This document shows, in pieces, positions 31,920 to 42,950 of a stretch of DNA of 64,000 nucleotides (the stretch's first letter is position 1; each line of letters starts with the position of its first letter). Position numbers and translations under genes: made by a program. The notes beneath the pieces are model-generated. The model had not been told where the DNA came from, searched no databases, and was given only the letters and a program-made list of their open reading frames with translations. The stretch spans positions 704,001-768,000 of the forward strand of contig OY820905.2 of NCBI GenBank assembly GCA_963555755.3. Direction: 5' to 3'. This DNA comes from Nitrospirales bacterium. Lineage in GTDB: Bacteria > Nitrospirota > Nitrospiria > Nitrospirales > UBA8639.

Positions 31920-33544
31920 GGATCAGTTGCAATTTTGGTGGAGTTGGGGGTAAACGGTGAGGGGAAGAAAGGAGGGAGCATGACCGGATGGACACCACCG
32001 ATGAACGTCAGATGTTGGCCTTCTTCTTACCCGAAGGCCCCTTGGAGTATTTCGAGCTGAGTCGAGGCACGAAGACGGCCCACGCGATCCACTTGGTACT
32101 GGAAGAGAAGAATCACCCTCCGCTGGCGGATGCGCAGCCAGGCCCACGCGTCTGGTCCAAAGGATTCCAGGACAGCACCATCACCGATTGTCCCGCCAGG
32201 GGCCGACCCGGTTCCCTCACGTTTCGCCGCCGGCGCTGGCAGGTGGAGGGCGAGCCCTCGCTTCTGAAGCGCGACATGGCTCTTACGGCCCCCGGGACAC
32301 AACTGGCGACGGAATGTGCGGCTTTTGTAAAAGCACGCGGCTGCCCACAAGCCGCTGGCCTGGGCCACGATTGCCGAGGCTCATTTCCTGGATGTCAAGG
32401 GGTTTGTGCGGCACTACCGCGAGCATCGCAGCGACGTCCCCACGTGGGAGGCGCGCACGCATGCCGCCGAATGGCTCGTGTGTCCGGAGAACGTGGGGAG
32501 GCACGTGCGCCTTGCTGCAGTGGCAAGCAGCCAAGGCGAGCGCGACACCGTCCTCACGAACAACGCGCGCCACGGCAAGCACGGCGCGCTGGTTGCCATC
32601 GTCAAGGGCCCCAAGACCGAGGTCGTCAGCGAGGGCTTGCGCCGGATCCCTGAATCCATACGAGAGACGGGCCAGCCCGTCACCCGCGATCTCGACGCGA
32701 GTATGGCACAGCTTGCAACGGTCTGCTTCCCGAATGCGCAGCAGATCGAGGACCGCGTCCAGGTCCAGCAACGCGTTTCTGAAGCGTTCCAGGAAGTCCG
32801 TGTGGCCTTGCGCAAGGAGGCGATCACGGACGACAACGCCCAGGTCAAAGCGGCTCGGGAACGTGGGAGCCACTACCAGGCCCCCCGCTACGAGAATGGG
32901 GATACCCACAAGGCGGTACTGGCAAGAAGTCGCGACCTGCGGTTCAACCTAGAAACGGCAGTTGGGCGCAAAAAAGCCGTGTAAGCTATTGGTGTGCATG
33001 GTGAAATAAAAAAAGTCGTAGTCACCTTCGTGGTGATGAGACATTTTTTTATTTTGCCAGGTGCGCCAAGAGCTTGCGCGGACTTTTGTGATCCAACTGC
33101 CGTTTCTAGGTTCAAGGCGAGGAGCACATGGACCGCCTCACAGCAGGAACGGGGCGCCATGCTCTTCTGCGAGTATCCCGTGCGACAGAAAGCCTACAAC
33201 CGCTCCATGATGTTCCGGGGAATCTACGAATACTGTGAGACGCAAGGCCATGCCCACGAGAAGTTGCAGGAGTGGTACAACAAACTCGACACCTCCATTG
33301 AGATCCTGCCGGCCTTCGAGACGCCGATGCAGACGATCAAACTCCATGAGACAACCATCTTGCACTACTTTGATGGCCGGCGGACCAATGCCAGCGCTGA
33401 ATCGTTTCATGCAAAGATTAAGAATTTCCGTGCGCTGCAGCGAGGTGTCCGAGGGGTGCCCTTTTTCCTCTACCGCCTCGCGAAGATCTACGGCTAAGAA
33501 CATGAAGGATGGTACCCTGGCTCCACCAAAATTGCGATTGATCC
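31920..33544 (+). mobile_element. Degenerate ISL3 (ISAon1-like) element
   Basis: IRs GGATCAGTTGCAATTTTGGTGGAG / CTCCACCAAAATTGCGATTGATCC. Transposase pieces at 31988-33497 (RRRW, TNASAESFHAKIK), interrupted by a MITE. Confidence 0.85.
32947..33111. mobile_element. MITE family E inserted in the ISL3 transposase
   Basis: TCA duplication; removing it restores ...LRFKARSTWTASQ. Confidence 0.9.
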
Positions 33545-33722
33545 CCGAAAACCAAATACCTTTAGACCAAACCTTTCTGCTATGTAGGGAAGAATTCATC
33601 GTATTGACTCACATCTTTTTCCCAACCAACGGACAACATATTTTTCAGGAAAAACTAGCAAGTTCCCAAACCCTTTGCCGTAATATTAAGGAGAAAGATT
33701 CTGTGAATTGATACAGACGGTT

Positions 33723-34223
33723 TTAAGCCGAGGCTTCGGTGGGAGATTTATGCAACCAATCCGGCTGTGGAGAAGGATCTTCCTTGGAAGTGATGTCCCA
33801 AGCGGAAGAAGGAACGGTGGTTGCTGAGGGAAACTGAGGGGAGGATGCTTGCCAAAAGAGTGCGGCGTCATCGGATTCAAACACTCGTAGAATTTTCGGG
33901 ATTTCGACTAGCTCAAGGATTTTTCGAACACTCGGTTTGGGGTGGACGAGGCTCAAGCAAATCCCCTTTTGTTTAAGCTGAAAGAATGTTACATACAATC
34001 GACCGATACCAGCAGTATCAATAGTAGAAATCTGCTCAAGATTAAACACCACATGGAGAACTTTCTGTTCCTGGCCACGTAGCATCGCCGTTTCCAATGC
34101 CGTATCGTTTTTCTGGTCGAAACGACCGGAAAGAGTGAGGATTAATGTTGAGGGATAAAATCGTTCGGTAACCAGCATAGACTCAAATTCCGCGAGTGTT
34201 GTAATAGGCTTATTCTCCCTCAT
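33723..34223 (-). CDS. STAS-domain anti-anti-sigma factor
   Basis: FNLEQISTIDTAGIG. The longer ORF-track start lies inside a MITE. Confidence 0.78.
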   Translation of the reverse strand: MRENKPITTLAEFESMLVTERFYPSTLILTLSGRFDQKNDTALETAMLRGQEQKVLHVVFNLEQISTIDTAGIGRLYVTFFQLKQKGICLSLVHPKPSVRKILELVEIPKILRVFESDDAALFWQASSPQFPSATTVPSSAWDITSKEDPSPQPDWLHKSPTEASA

Positions 34224-34263
34224 TGAAACGACACACGTCAATACGCCATTTTCAGTACGTTTT

Positions 34264-34526
34264 GGGTCCGTCACGAAATAACCGGGACAATTGGCCGAGA
34301 CGATTTTGGAGCGAGCCAAGGAGCGAAGAGCGCGCATACCGGGAGTATGGAAGCGATGAGAGACGCCGACGGAGCCCAAAAGCGTCCGGCCCTCCGGGGA
34401 TGCCCATCTTTGGCCCGAGGCAGCGTTGCTCCTCGGTCACAGAGCCCCGCTATGCTCCCTCGTCGCGCCTTACCCCGATCACAAATCTGGGCCTCCCAAT
34501 TGTCCCGGTTATTTCGTGACGGACCC
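34264..34526. mobile_element. Hairpin MITE family G
   Basis: 31-bp IR GGGTCCGTCACGAAATAACCGGGACAATTGG. Confidence 0.8.
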
Positions 34527-34547
34527 TTCCATCCCAATGACGGCATA

Positions 34548-34654
34548 TATAGCGTTTTAACCATTCGTTAAGACCCCCTCACCCTTGCCCTCTCCCCCAT
34601 TCCATGGGGGAGAGGGAATTGTAAGATGTCTTAGTCGAAGGTTAAAACACTATA
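34548..34654. repeat. Small IR element containing a CCCTCACCC...GGGGAGAGGG REP-like hairpin
   Basis: TATAGCGTTTTAACC / GGTTAAAACACTATA ends. Confidence 0.65.
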
Positions 34655-34796
34655 GTAGAAGGAGGTGATCACAGGGAAAATTGTTGGCAGGAAATATTCG
34701 TACATGGGAGGGATTGGGAAGGCATGCCCCTGAGAAGGCGAGATGCCCGACGCTTCACGTATCACGGTTCACGCCCACAAAATGTGAAATGGATTT

Positions 34797-35729
34797 TTAA
34801 CTGTGGGTACCGCTTGGACTGAGGCTCTGCAATAACGCGTTCAATCCCTCCGCTAAAGTAGCCTGGGGCGTATAGCCTAGCACTTCCCTGAGACGATCAT
34901 TGTAGGCGGCTGAATGCAGAATGTCCCCGTCTCGAGGGGCTTTATGCTCTACGTGTAGCGTTTGATTCACACAGGTCGAAAGCGTGTCGATCACCTGCAA
35001 CAGCGTCCACGCTTTCCCTGTGGCGATATTACAGGCTCCCGTCCCCGCCCCTTCCAGTGCGGCTCGGTTGGCTTGAGCAATATCTTTGACATAAATAAAA
35101 TCACGTGTCTGCAGACCATCCCCAAACACGACAAGAGGCTTATTCTCAGAAATCCGTTCAATGAATTTGCTGATGACGCCGGCATAGGGAGACTTGGGAT
35201 CTTGCCGCGGGCCAAAGACATTAAAGTATCGAAGTCCTATCGAACGAAACCCATATAACGATTCAAATAATGTCGCATATTGTTCGTTCACATATTTCTC
35301 CAACCCGTAGGGTGAAATCGGAGCGAGCGCACTTGTTTCAGATAACGGCACCTGTTCCGGCACCCCATACACCGCCGCACTGGAAGCATACACAAAACGC
35401 TGCACCTTATTTTGACAGGCCGCGTGTATGACATTCACAAAACCATAGATATTTTGCGTGCACGATGTTGGCGGATCTTCCACCGATGCTTGCACCGAGA
35501 CCTGGGCAGCCAAATGTAGAACATGCGTGACACCCTGCATGGCCGCGTTGACTTCCTGGGGATTCCGGATATCCCCAACCTGCAATTCTAATTGAGGATG
35601 ATACGGCAAATTCCCGCGATTCCCAGTGGATAAATTATCAAAAACACGAACCCAAGCCCCACCCTCCAATAACGCCTCAACGGAGTGAGACCCGATAAAC
35701 CCGGCTCCTCCTGTAACCAGTACCAACAT
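34797..35729 (-). CDS. NAD-dependent epimerase/dehydratase (extended SDR)
   Basis: TGGAGFIG, YGLEK, RYFNVFGP. Confidence 0.92.
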   Translation of the reverse strand: MLVLVTGGAGFIGSHSVEALLEGGAWVRVFDNLSTGNRGNLPYHPQLELQVGDIRNPQEVNAAMQGVTHVLHLAAQVSVQASVEDPPTSCTQNIYGFVNVIHAACQNKVQRFVYASSAAVYGVPEQVPLSETSALAPISPYGLEKYVNEQYATLFESLYGFRSIGLRYFNVFGPRQDPKSPYAGVISKFIERISENKPLVVFGDGLQTRDFIYVKDIAQANRAALEGAGTGACNIATGKAWTLLQVIDTLSTCVNQTLHVEHKAPRDGDILHSAAYNDRLREVLGYTPQATLAEGLNALLQSLSPSGTHS

Positions 35730-35952
35730 GACACAACCCCTTTATTCTGGAGGCAAATTGAACATTTCCATTCCGGATGTTTTGGATTGACGAAAAACTT
35801 TGGAAATTCAAAGGTCTTACTTAATTGAATCGGTTAAAATTGCAGGAAAAATAAGGAAAAAATTGGGGAAAGAACCGAAAGAAACCCGGTCCAATAACTT
35901 GGAAATACTAAACTCTGTGGTTAAGAGATTCAGAAGAATTTGTAAGCGGCTC

Positions 35953-36657
35953 TTAAGAGGTATGTACACCGGTGAAAGCATCAACCATCGATCGAAATAA
36001 CAAGAGACCATCCTGATTGCCCAGAACAGTTTCGGCACAACGTTCCGGGTGGGGCATAATGCCTAAGACATTGCCTGCGGCATTGCGAATACCAGCGATG
36101 TTGTCGAGTGAGCCATTGGGATTAGCTTCTGGCGTGACTTGACCATCCGCCGTGCAATACCGAAACACCACTTGGGCATTAGCTTGAAGTGAAGACAACG
36201 TGACAGGATCGGTATAATAATTCCCTTCCGCATGGGCGATGGGAAGTTTCAAAATTTGTCCCGATTGACAGGCATTGGTAAACGGTGTCGCGGCGTTTTC
36301 AACTTTGACATAGACGTCTTCGCAGATAAAAGACAGGTCACGATTCCGCATCATCACCCCAGGAAGCAGCCCAACTTCAAGGAGAATTTGGAACCCGTTG
36401 CAGATTCCCAGGACTAATCCGCCTTTCGCCGCAAACAATTTTAGGGCTTCCATGATCGGCGAAAATTGCGCGATGGCTCCAGTGCGCAGGTAATCGCCAT
36501 ATGAAAATCCTCCTGGTACGATGACAGCATCTATGCCCTCTACCAATGTTTCTTGATGCCAAATTAATTGAACGTCTTCCCCCAAGCCCTCTGACACGGC
36601 ATGGGCACAATCGTGATCGCAGTTGGATCCAGGAAATACAAGAACGCCAAAATTCAT
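35953..36657 (-). CDS. purQ: FGAM synthase subunit PurQ
   Basis: [24 protein letters not shown]. Confidence 0.96.
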   Translation of the reverse strand: MNFGVLVFPGSNCDHDCAHAVSEGLGEDVQLIWHQETLVEGIDAVIVPGGFSYGDYLRTGAIAQFSPIMEALKLFAAKGGLVLGICNGFQILLEVGLLPGVMMRNRDLSFICEDVYVKVENAATPFTNACQSGQILKLPIAHAEGNYYTDPVTLSSLQANAQVVFRYCTADGQVTPEANPNGSLDNIAGIRNAAGNVLGIMPHPERCAETVLGNQDGLLLFRSMVDAFTGVHTS

Positions 36658-36917
36658 GGTGTTGTGGAGGGGTTGGAAGTCTCGATTTCGTACCGGTAGT
36701 CTTCAATGATCGTATTGGCCAAAAGCTTTTCGCACATGGCTTTCAACTGAGATTCGGCTTGGGTGTGATCAGTATCCCCTAGCTCAATTTCAAGAAACTT
36801 ACCAACTCGTACATCATTAACTGTTGAGAAACCCAACGTAGCCAATGACTGTTGAATTGCGCGTCCTTGGGGATCTAAAATTCCTGATTTCAACGTCACA
36901 TGAATTTTCGCTTTCAT
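36654..36917 (-). CDS. purS: FGAM synthase subunit PurS
   Basis: LDPQG and [14 protein letters not shown]. Confidence 0.95.
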   Translation of the reverse strand: MKAKIHVTLKSGILDPQGRAIQQSLATLGFSTVNDVRVGKFLEIELGDTDHTQAESQLKAMCEKLLANTIIEDYRYEIETSNPSTTP

Positions 36918-36920
36918 GAT

Positions 36921-38270
36921 TTATGCACGTCCTTTTTTGCGTGTTGGCTTGGCGCTCTTCTTTTTTGTCATTCGCAACGTTCCGAACACTCGACGATATA
37001 CCTGAGGTAAGTTCTTTAGATACGCGTGCGGATCAAAACACGATTGAATGTCTGATGCGCGAAGTTTTCGACTGATGAACGGATCTTTGATAACCAGGTC
37101 TTGGAAATTTCCACGTCCTTGCCACGCATCCATCGCATTGCGTTGTACAGCCTCATAGGCGGCTTTCCGTTCAGCGCCACGATCCACTAAGGCCAGTAAC
37201 AAACGTTGGGAATAGATCAAGCCGCCGGTGAGGTGTAAATTTTTGAGCATCCGATCCGGGTATACCACCAAGTTGGTCAGCAGCTTGGTGAGACGAACTA
37301 GCATGTAATCAATCAGAATGTTGCTGTCTGGAACAATGATGCGTTCGACAGAGGAATGACTAATATCCCGCTCATGCCAGAGGGCGACATTTTCCAGGGC
37401 AGCTAGACTGTTACTGCGAATCACCCGGGCCAGGCCACAGAGATTTTCCGATCCCACGGGATTTCGCTTGTGCGGCATGGCCGAAGACCCTTTTTGACCT
37501 TCGCTAAAATATTCTTCGGCTTCTAATACCTCTGTCCGTTGAAGGTGTCGGATCTCGGTGGCCACCTTTTCTATGCTGGCAGCCAATAAAGCCAAAGCCG
37601 TGAGATAGGCTGCATGTCGATCTCGTTGGATTATTTGATTTGAGACCGGTGCCGGCTTTAACCCCAGTTTTTTACAAACCACAGATTCGATGCGTGGGGG
37701 TAAATGCGCGAACGTCCCCATGGCGCCGGATAATTTCCCGACCGCGATATCCTCACCTGCCGCAACAACCCGTTTACGATGGCGCTTAAACTCTTCAAAC
37801 CAGAGAGCAAACTTCACACCCAAGGAAATGGGTTCGCCATGAATTCCATGGGATCGCCCGACCATGATGGTCTCTTGGTGATCGATAGCCCGCTTCTCTA
37901 ACACTTCCAACAACAGATCAATGTCTTCGAGAATAATCCCGACGGACTCGACCAATTGAAGAGCTAGCCCTGTATCCAGGACGTCAGAAGAAGTCAACCC
38001 AGCATGAAGATGACGCGCCTTGGGACCTGCCTGCTCAGCCACGGCTTCCAAAAAGGCAATGACATCATGTTTGGTCACCTTCTCGATCTCATCAATGCGA
38101 TCTGGATCAAGCGTGACCTTCCGCCGGACATGAGCTGCCGTCCCCTTGGGAATTTTTTTTGCCTCCTCAAGGGCTTCGCAGGCAGCCAATTCGACTTGAA
38201 GCCAGGCATCATATTTACGGCGTTGAGTCCAGATTGCACCCATGCGGGGCAAGGTATACCGTTCAATCAT
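36921..38270 (-). CDS. purB: Adenylosuccinate lyase
   Basis: KHDVIAF, GRSHG, GSSAMPHKRNP. Confidence 0.96.
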   Translation of the reverse strand: MIERYTLPRMGAIWTQRRKYDAWLQVELAACEALEEAKKIPKGTAAHVRRKVTLDPDRIDEIEKVTKHDVIAFLEAVAEQAGPKARHLHAGLTSSDVLDTGLALQLVESVGIILEDIDLLLEVLEKRAIDHQETIMVGRSHGIHGEPISLGVKFALWFEEFKRHRKRVVAAGEDIAVGKLSGAMGTFAHLPPRIESVVCKKLGLKPAPVSNQIIQRDRHAAYLTALALLAASIEKVATEIRHLQRTEVLEAEEYFSEGQKGSSAMPHKRNPVGSENLCGLARVIRSNSLAALENVALWHERDISHSSVERIIVPDSNILIDYMLVRLTKLLTNLVVYPDRMLKNLHLTGGLIYSQRLLLALVDRGAERKAAYEAVQRNAMDAWQGRGNFQDLVIKDPFISRKLRASDIQSCFDPHAYLKNLPQVYRRVFGTLRMTKKKSAKPTRKKGRA

Positions 38271-38304
38271 GCTTTGTTCCGTTTACAATGATGGGGTGGG
38301 AATA

Positions 38305-38439
38305 CGTAACTACTCAGGTGGATAGGCTGAAGGCCGACGGCTTTTAGGGAGCCAGCATGCGTGATCATACAAAACGTCGGACTGGATGATTAATAGCCTT
38401 CAGTCTTTAGCCTCCAGCCTCAATACCTGAGTAGTGACG
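38305..38439. mobile_element. MITE family F
   Basis: Homologous to 21962-22097. Confidence 0.8.
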
Positions 38440-38469
38440 GGGAAACTTATATAAAAACGAGGACATCGG

Positions 38470-38964
38470 TCACGTAATCATGGCTCGCTTCGCTTCAAGA
38501 CGTGGGTCGTGTTTTAAAATCTTATCCAAGATACCGTTCACAAAGCGCTTGGCATCATCATCCGCAAAACTCTTGGCCAATTGGAGGGCTTCATCAACCG
38601 TCACTTTTGCCGGAATATCTGAGATCCATACCAATTCATAAATGGCCTGACGAAGAATATTGCGATCCACAATGGGCATCCGATCGAGGGACCAGTTCTC
38701 GGAAGACTGCTCAATGAGTTGATCTAATTCCTCTTTTTGGGCCTGGACACCAGCAACAATCTGATTCGCAAATTCCCGAACCGATTTTGATGACCGCTGT
38801 TGCGCCCAGAAATCGTCTAGCCACCCCTCAGTCGTTCCGTGAAAATCGAGTTGAAACAGGATCTGCAACACCAGCTCTCTGGCACTGTGGCGTGTTAACG
38901 CAAGGGGAGTGTCAAATTCTGGTGTGTCGTTCACAGGTTCCACCAAGGGATTCAAAACTTTCAT
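38470..38964 (-). CDS. nusB: Transcription antitermination factor NusB
   Basis: RHSARE..LQ, NWSLDRM, FVNGILD. Confidence 0.92.
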   Translation of the reverse strand: MKVLNPLVEPVNDTPEFDTPLALTRHSARELVLQILFQLDFHGTTEGWLDDFWAQQRSSKSVREFANQIVAGVQAQKEELDQLIEQSSENWSLDRMPIVDRNILRQAIYELVWISDIPAKVTVDEALQLAKSFADDDAKRFVNGILDKILKHDPRLEAKRAMIT

Positions 38965-38967
38965 TTA

Positions 38968-39129
38968 GGAGCCTGTCCAAGATTAGACGGATCTACTGCG
39001 GGGGCGCTGGATTTGGCCAGATTTTCCGATCCTTTTCGTTGAATAACCCAACTATTCGCCTCAAACGATCGAAATATCTGACTCAAACCAGCTCCCCCTC
39101 GCTACGATCGCTAATCTCGGACAGGCTCC
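38968..39129. mobile_element. Hairpin MITE family I (copy 42687-42847)
   Basis: GGAGCCTGTCCAAGATTAG...CTAATCTCGGACAGGCTCC. Confidence 0.8.
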
Positions 39130-39147
39130 CAGAGGCGATGGGGGAGG

Positions 39148-39651
39148 TTACGATTGACGGAATCCCGTAAGATTCCGATCACTATCTTGCAACACTTTCA
39201 TCAACGTGGCCATCTCAATGGCCGTTCGAGCTGCGACAGCACCACGATTCTTTTCAGGTCCCCCTGAACGTTCAAGGGCTTGCTCTGCCGTATTTGCCGT
39301 TAGCACACCAAACACAATAGGAATCCCCGTGTCCCAGGATGCCTGAGCAATCCCTCGACTCATTTCTGTACTGATGTAATCGAAATGCGGGGTCTCACCA
39401 CGAATGACCGCCCCGAGGCATATCACGGCATCATATTGACGAGACCGGGCTAACTGTTTGGCTAATAGCGGAATCTCAAACGCACCAGGAACACGCACGA
39501 CTTCGATGTTGTCTTCCTCCACGCCTTCCTTGTGGAGGGTTGCAAGAGCACTGCTCAGGAGTCGGCTGGTGACGAATTCATTAAAATTACTCACAACTAT
39601 ACCGATCCGGCACTCTTTCCCATCAAGACTTCCTTCTTTAATTTTTTGCAT
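39148..39651 (-). CDS. ribH: 6,7-dimethyl-8-ribityllumazine synthase
   Basis: VPGAFEIP and GAVIRGETPHFDY. Confidence 0.95.
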   Translation of the reverse strand: MQKIKEGSLDGKECRIGIVVSNFNEFVTSRLLSSALATLHKEGVEEDNIEVVRVPGAFEIPLLAKQLARSRQYDAVICLGAVIRGETPHFDYISTEMSRGIAQASWDTGIPIVFGVLTANTAEQALERSGGPEKNRGAVAARTAIEMATLMKVLQDSDRNLTGFRQS

Positions 39652-39736
39652 TTAATAAATCCATAAAAACAAGTACTTACAATATAAAACTATACAACAA
39701 CATGAATATTTACTTTAATAATAACACGCCAGAAAT

Positions 39737-40939
39737 CTACACATTGTTCAGTAGATGTCCTAGCTTCGCCTTCTTGGTTTGAAGGTATCGAACATTGGAT
39801 TCTTTCGGATCAATTTCAATCGGAATCCGCTCAACCACATTCAGACCATACCCATCAATCCCGACGATCTTGCGTGGGTTATTCGTAATCAATCGAATCT
39901 GCTTTAAACCCAAGCTCACAAGAATTTGAGCCCCAATTCCATAATCACGAAGATCGGGCTTAAACCCGAGTTGAAGATTGGCCTCAACCGTATCACTGCC
40001 CTGGTCTTGCAAGCGATACGCCCGAATTTTGTTGAGCAAACCGATTCCCCTGCCCTCTTGGTTCAAATAGAGCACCACGCCCTTTCCTTCTTTTTCAATC
40101 ATCTCCATGGCTCGATGAAGCTGATCCCGGCAATCACATCGAAGGGATCCAAACACATCTGACGTCAGACATCCTGAGTGAACCCGGACGAGCGTTGGAG
40201 ACTCATCAATAGGCCCTTTAACCAAGGCAATATGGGTTCCACTATCCAATTCATTTTCAAACACCCTCGCCTCAAAGTTGCCAAAGATAGTAGGCAACTG
40301 AGCACTGACCGACTGCTTCACCAAGGTCTCACGTGACAGCCGATATTGGATCAGATCTTTAATCGTGATGAGTTTGAGCTGATGCGCTTTGGCGAAGGTG
40401 ACCAAATCCGGAACACGGGCCATGGTGCCGTCGTCATTCATGATTTCACAGATCACGCCCGCTGGGAACATACCGGCCAGACGTGCCAAATCTACCGAGC
40501 CTTCCGTTTGCCCTGCCCGTTTGAGCACTCCGCCATCATGGGCGCGAAGCGGAAAGATATGCCCGGGTTTTGTAAAATCAGAGGATTTGCACGTCCTATC
40601 GACAGCCATTCGAATAGTCGTGGCACGATCGGATGCGGAGATGCCCGTAGTCACATCTCGCGCGGCATCAATGGATATTGTAAATGCCGTGCCAAACGGT
40701 GCGGTATTTTCAACCGTCTGCGGGTGAAGCTGGAGTTCATCGGCACGAGTAGAGGTCAAGGTAAGACAGATCAGCCCTCTAGCATTTTTGGCCATGAAAT
40801 TGACGGCTTCGGGCGTCACGCATTCAGCCGCCATCACCAAATCCCCTTCATTTTCTCGGTCTTCGTCATCTACCAGAATGACGCATTTCCCATCCCGAAT
40901 ATCCTGAAGGGCTTCATCTATCGAATGAAACGGTTCCAC
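39737..40939 (-). CDS. ribBA: Bifunctional DHBP synthase/GTP cyclohydrolase II
   Basis: [36 protein letters not shown]. Confidence 0.96.
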   Translation of the reverse strand: MEPFHSIDEALQDIRDGKCVILVDDEDRENEGDLVMAAECVTPEAVNFMAKNARGLICLTLTSTRADELQLHPQTVENTAPFGTAFTISIDAARDVTTGISASDRATTIRMAVDRTCKSSDFTKPGHIFPLRAHDGGVLKRAGQTEGSVDLARLAGMFPAGVICEIMNDDGTMARVPDLVTFAKAHQLKLITIKDLIQYRLSRETLVKQSVSAQLPTIFGNFEARVFENELDSGTHIALVKGPIDESPTLVRVHSGCLTSDVFGSLRCDCRDQLHRAMEMIEKEGKGVVLYLNQEGRGIGLLNKIRAYRLQDQGSDTVEANLQLGFKPDLRDYGIGAQILVSLGLKQIRLITNNPRKIVGIDGYGLNVVERIPIEIDPKESNVRYLQTKKAKLGHLLNNV

Positions 40940-40971
40940 GCTACTGTCTTCCTCCTGTCATGTTCAGCTTA

Positions 40972-41119
40972 GGGGCCGCGCAAGGATACATCCCCCTGTT
41001 GGGGTGCTGAGACGCCTGCCTGGCAAGGCGCAAGGACTGCGCATACTCCTCGACGAGCAACGCCCCCAGACGGGATGGATCGACGCCCAAACGAGGGAGA
41101 GATATTCTTACGCAAACCC
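40972..41119. mobile_element. Hairpin MITE family C
   Basis: Interior shared with 8312-8468; TTA flanks. Confidence 0.75.
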
Positions 41120-41143
41120 TTATATGAGGTTTACTGGTCCCTG

Positions 41144-42358
41144 TCAATCTGAACTTTCTTTACTTAGCGTTTCAACAGATACCCGCAGCCATCGTTGCAT
41201 CACCAGGACACTTATTGCGGCCACACCAGAAAATAGCCCGAAAATCAGAAACCCACCGGCATAGGTTCCTGTGAAATCTTTGAGTAACCCAAACCATGAT
41301 GGAAGCAGAAATCCCCCAATTGCTCCAGCTGCCCCTATAAAACCCGAAGCCGTTCCCATCACCCCCTGGAATCGTAATGAGACAACCTGAAACACCACCC
41401 CATTTCCGAAGCCAAGAAATAACAGGGTTGAAAAAATTAAGGGTAACGAAAAAATAAGGGGAAACAGCCCACATAAAAAAACACTCAGGATGGCGGTCAT
41501 TGGGAAAACCGCTAAGAGAAGGCCGATTCCTCCTACCCGGTCAGCAACATAACCTCCCACAGGCCTTGCCAAACTTCCGGCTAATCCGCACATGGCGGTA
41601 ATGGTCCCAGCGGATACCATATCCAACTGATATTGGTCGTGAAAAAAAATAGGCAGAAAGCTTGAAAAACCGACAAATCCCCCAAAGGTCACCGCGTACA
41701 GAAAACACAGCCAGTACATCATGGGTTGTTGAAGAACGGACCGGACGGACAAAGAAGCCCGTGGCGTCACGTGAAAGGTAGCTTGGCCGAAGCCATCGGG
41801 AACAAGGAAATAAAATAGGACGGCCGTGATGACGACGGGAATAATCATGACGCCAAATGTCCCATGCCACCCTATCAACTCAGCGATTCGAGGACCAAAG
41901 AAGGTGGCCAGCAACACACCACTATTCCCGATAGCTGCGACCCCCATCGCCAGCCCTTGACGTTCCGGGGGATAAGCCCGACTCGCGAGTGGCAAGGCAA
42001 TGGCAAAACTTGCTCCGGCAAATCCTAGCAGCAACCCCACGCCCAACATGTGAAAATAGTTCTGCCCGAACCGCCAACCTAAAACCAGGGCTACCACTTC
42101 AAGCCCTAACAGAGCCATTCCGACCCGTTTGGCGCCAAACTGATCGGCAAACGGACCAACCACCATTCTCAGAAGAGCCCCGCCTAATAAAGGGACTCCC
42201 ACGAGAAATCCTTTTTGTGTGGCACTGAGGTCAAAATCTTGGGCAATCGCCACCCCCAACGCCCCAACCAAAAGCCACACCATAAAGCTGACTTCAAAAT
42301 GCAGCCAGGCCCCGAGCAATGACGGCCAATGTCCGTCTTTTAAGGCTTGCAGTCTCAT
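41144..42358 (-). CDS. NarK/NasA-type nitrate/nitrite MFS transporter
   Basis: GHWPSL, GALLR, YAVTFGGFVG, RPVGG..ADR, GFGNGVVFQ. Confidence 0.85.
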   Translation of the reverse strand: MRLQALKDGHWPSLLGAWLHFEVSFMVWLLVGALGVAIAQDFDLSATQKGFLVGVPLLGGALLRMVVGPFADQFGAKRVGMALLGLEVVALVLGWRFGQNYFHMLGVGLLLGFAGASFAIALPLASRAYPPERQGLAMGVAAIGNSGVLLATFFGPRIAELIGWHGTFGVMIIPVVITAVLFYFLVPDGFGQATFHVTPRASLSVRSVLQQPMMYWLCFLYAVTFGGFVGFSSFLPIFFHDQYQLDMVSAGTITAMCGLAGSLARPVGGYVADRVGGIGLLLAVFPMTAILSVFLCGLFPLIFSLPLIFSTLLFLGFGNGVVFQVVSLRFQGVMGTASGFIGAAGAIGGFLLPSWFGLLKDFTGTYAGGFLIFGLFSGVAAISVLVMQRWLRVSVETLSKESSD

Positions 42359-42485
42359 GATCCAAAAACCTTCAGGCTTCCAAAAACGGTGAAGCTAGGT
42401 TCTCCCCAAAACACATCAAAACGTGGAATTCACAGCTTTCGCTGCATTTCATTCTGCTCTGATCCCTGCTTCAACACGCGTGAGT

Positions 42486-42515
42486 ATTATAGAAGATCTG
42501 GTTTTGCTATCGCAA
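42486..42515 (-). promoter_or_regulatory. Candidate sigma70 promoter for the transporter
   Basis: Minus strand TTGCGA-18 nt-TATAAT. Confidence 0.4.
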
Positions 42516-42536
42516 TTCAATATGCGTTGGTAAGAA

Positions 42537-42847
42537 GGGTTCGCGCAAGAATAACTTCCCCTTTTTTGGTGCTGAGACACCTGTCTGGCAAGGCGCGAGG
42601 ACTGCGCATACTCCTAGGACGAGCAACGCCGCCAGACGGGATGGATCGACGCCCAAAAAGGGGAAGTTATTTTTGCGCGAACCCTAGGAGCCTGTCCAAG
42701 ATTAGGAATGTTGCGAGGGTGCGCTGGATTTGGCCAGATCTTCCGATCCTTTTCGTTAAATAGGCACCACTATTCGCCTCAAACGATCGAAACATCTGAC
42801 TCAAACCAGCACCCCCTCGCAACGATCCCTAATCTTGGACAGGCTCC
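42537..42847. mobile_element. Two abutting MITEs (family C 42537-42684 and family I 42687-42847)
   Basis: Both IR pairs are visible and are joined at TA. Confidence 0.8.
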
Positions 42848-42950
42848 TAGGGGTATACCCGGCAGATCTTTGTCATTCCGTCAAATGGTGTATATTATTT
42901 TCTAAGAATTTCGTACATTTCACAAAACTCTCTTAACGAAAAACGCTGAG

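Noticed and set aside
39655..39736. AT-rich stretch between ribBA and ribH
   Set aside because: No repeat or structure seen; probably a spacer or internal promoter.
40940..41143. FMN riboswitch upstream of ribBA
   Set aside because: The region is occupied by a family C MITE, and I saw no RFN consensus.
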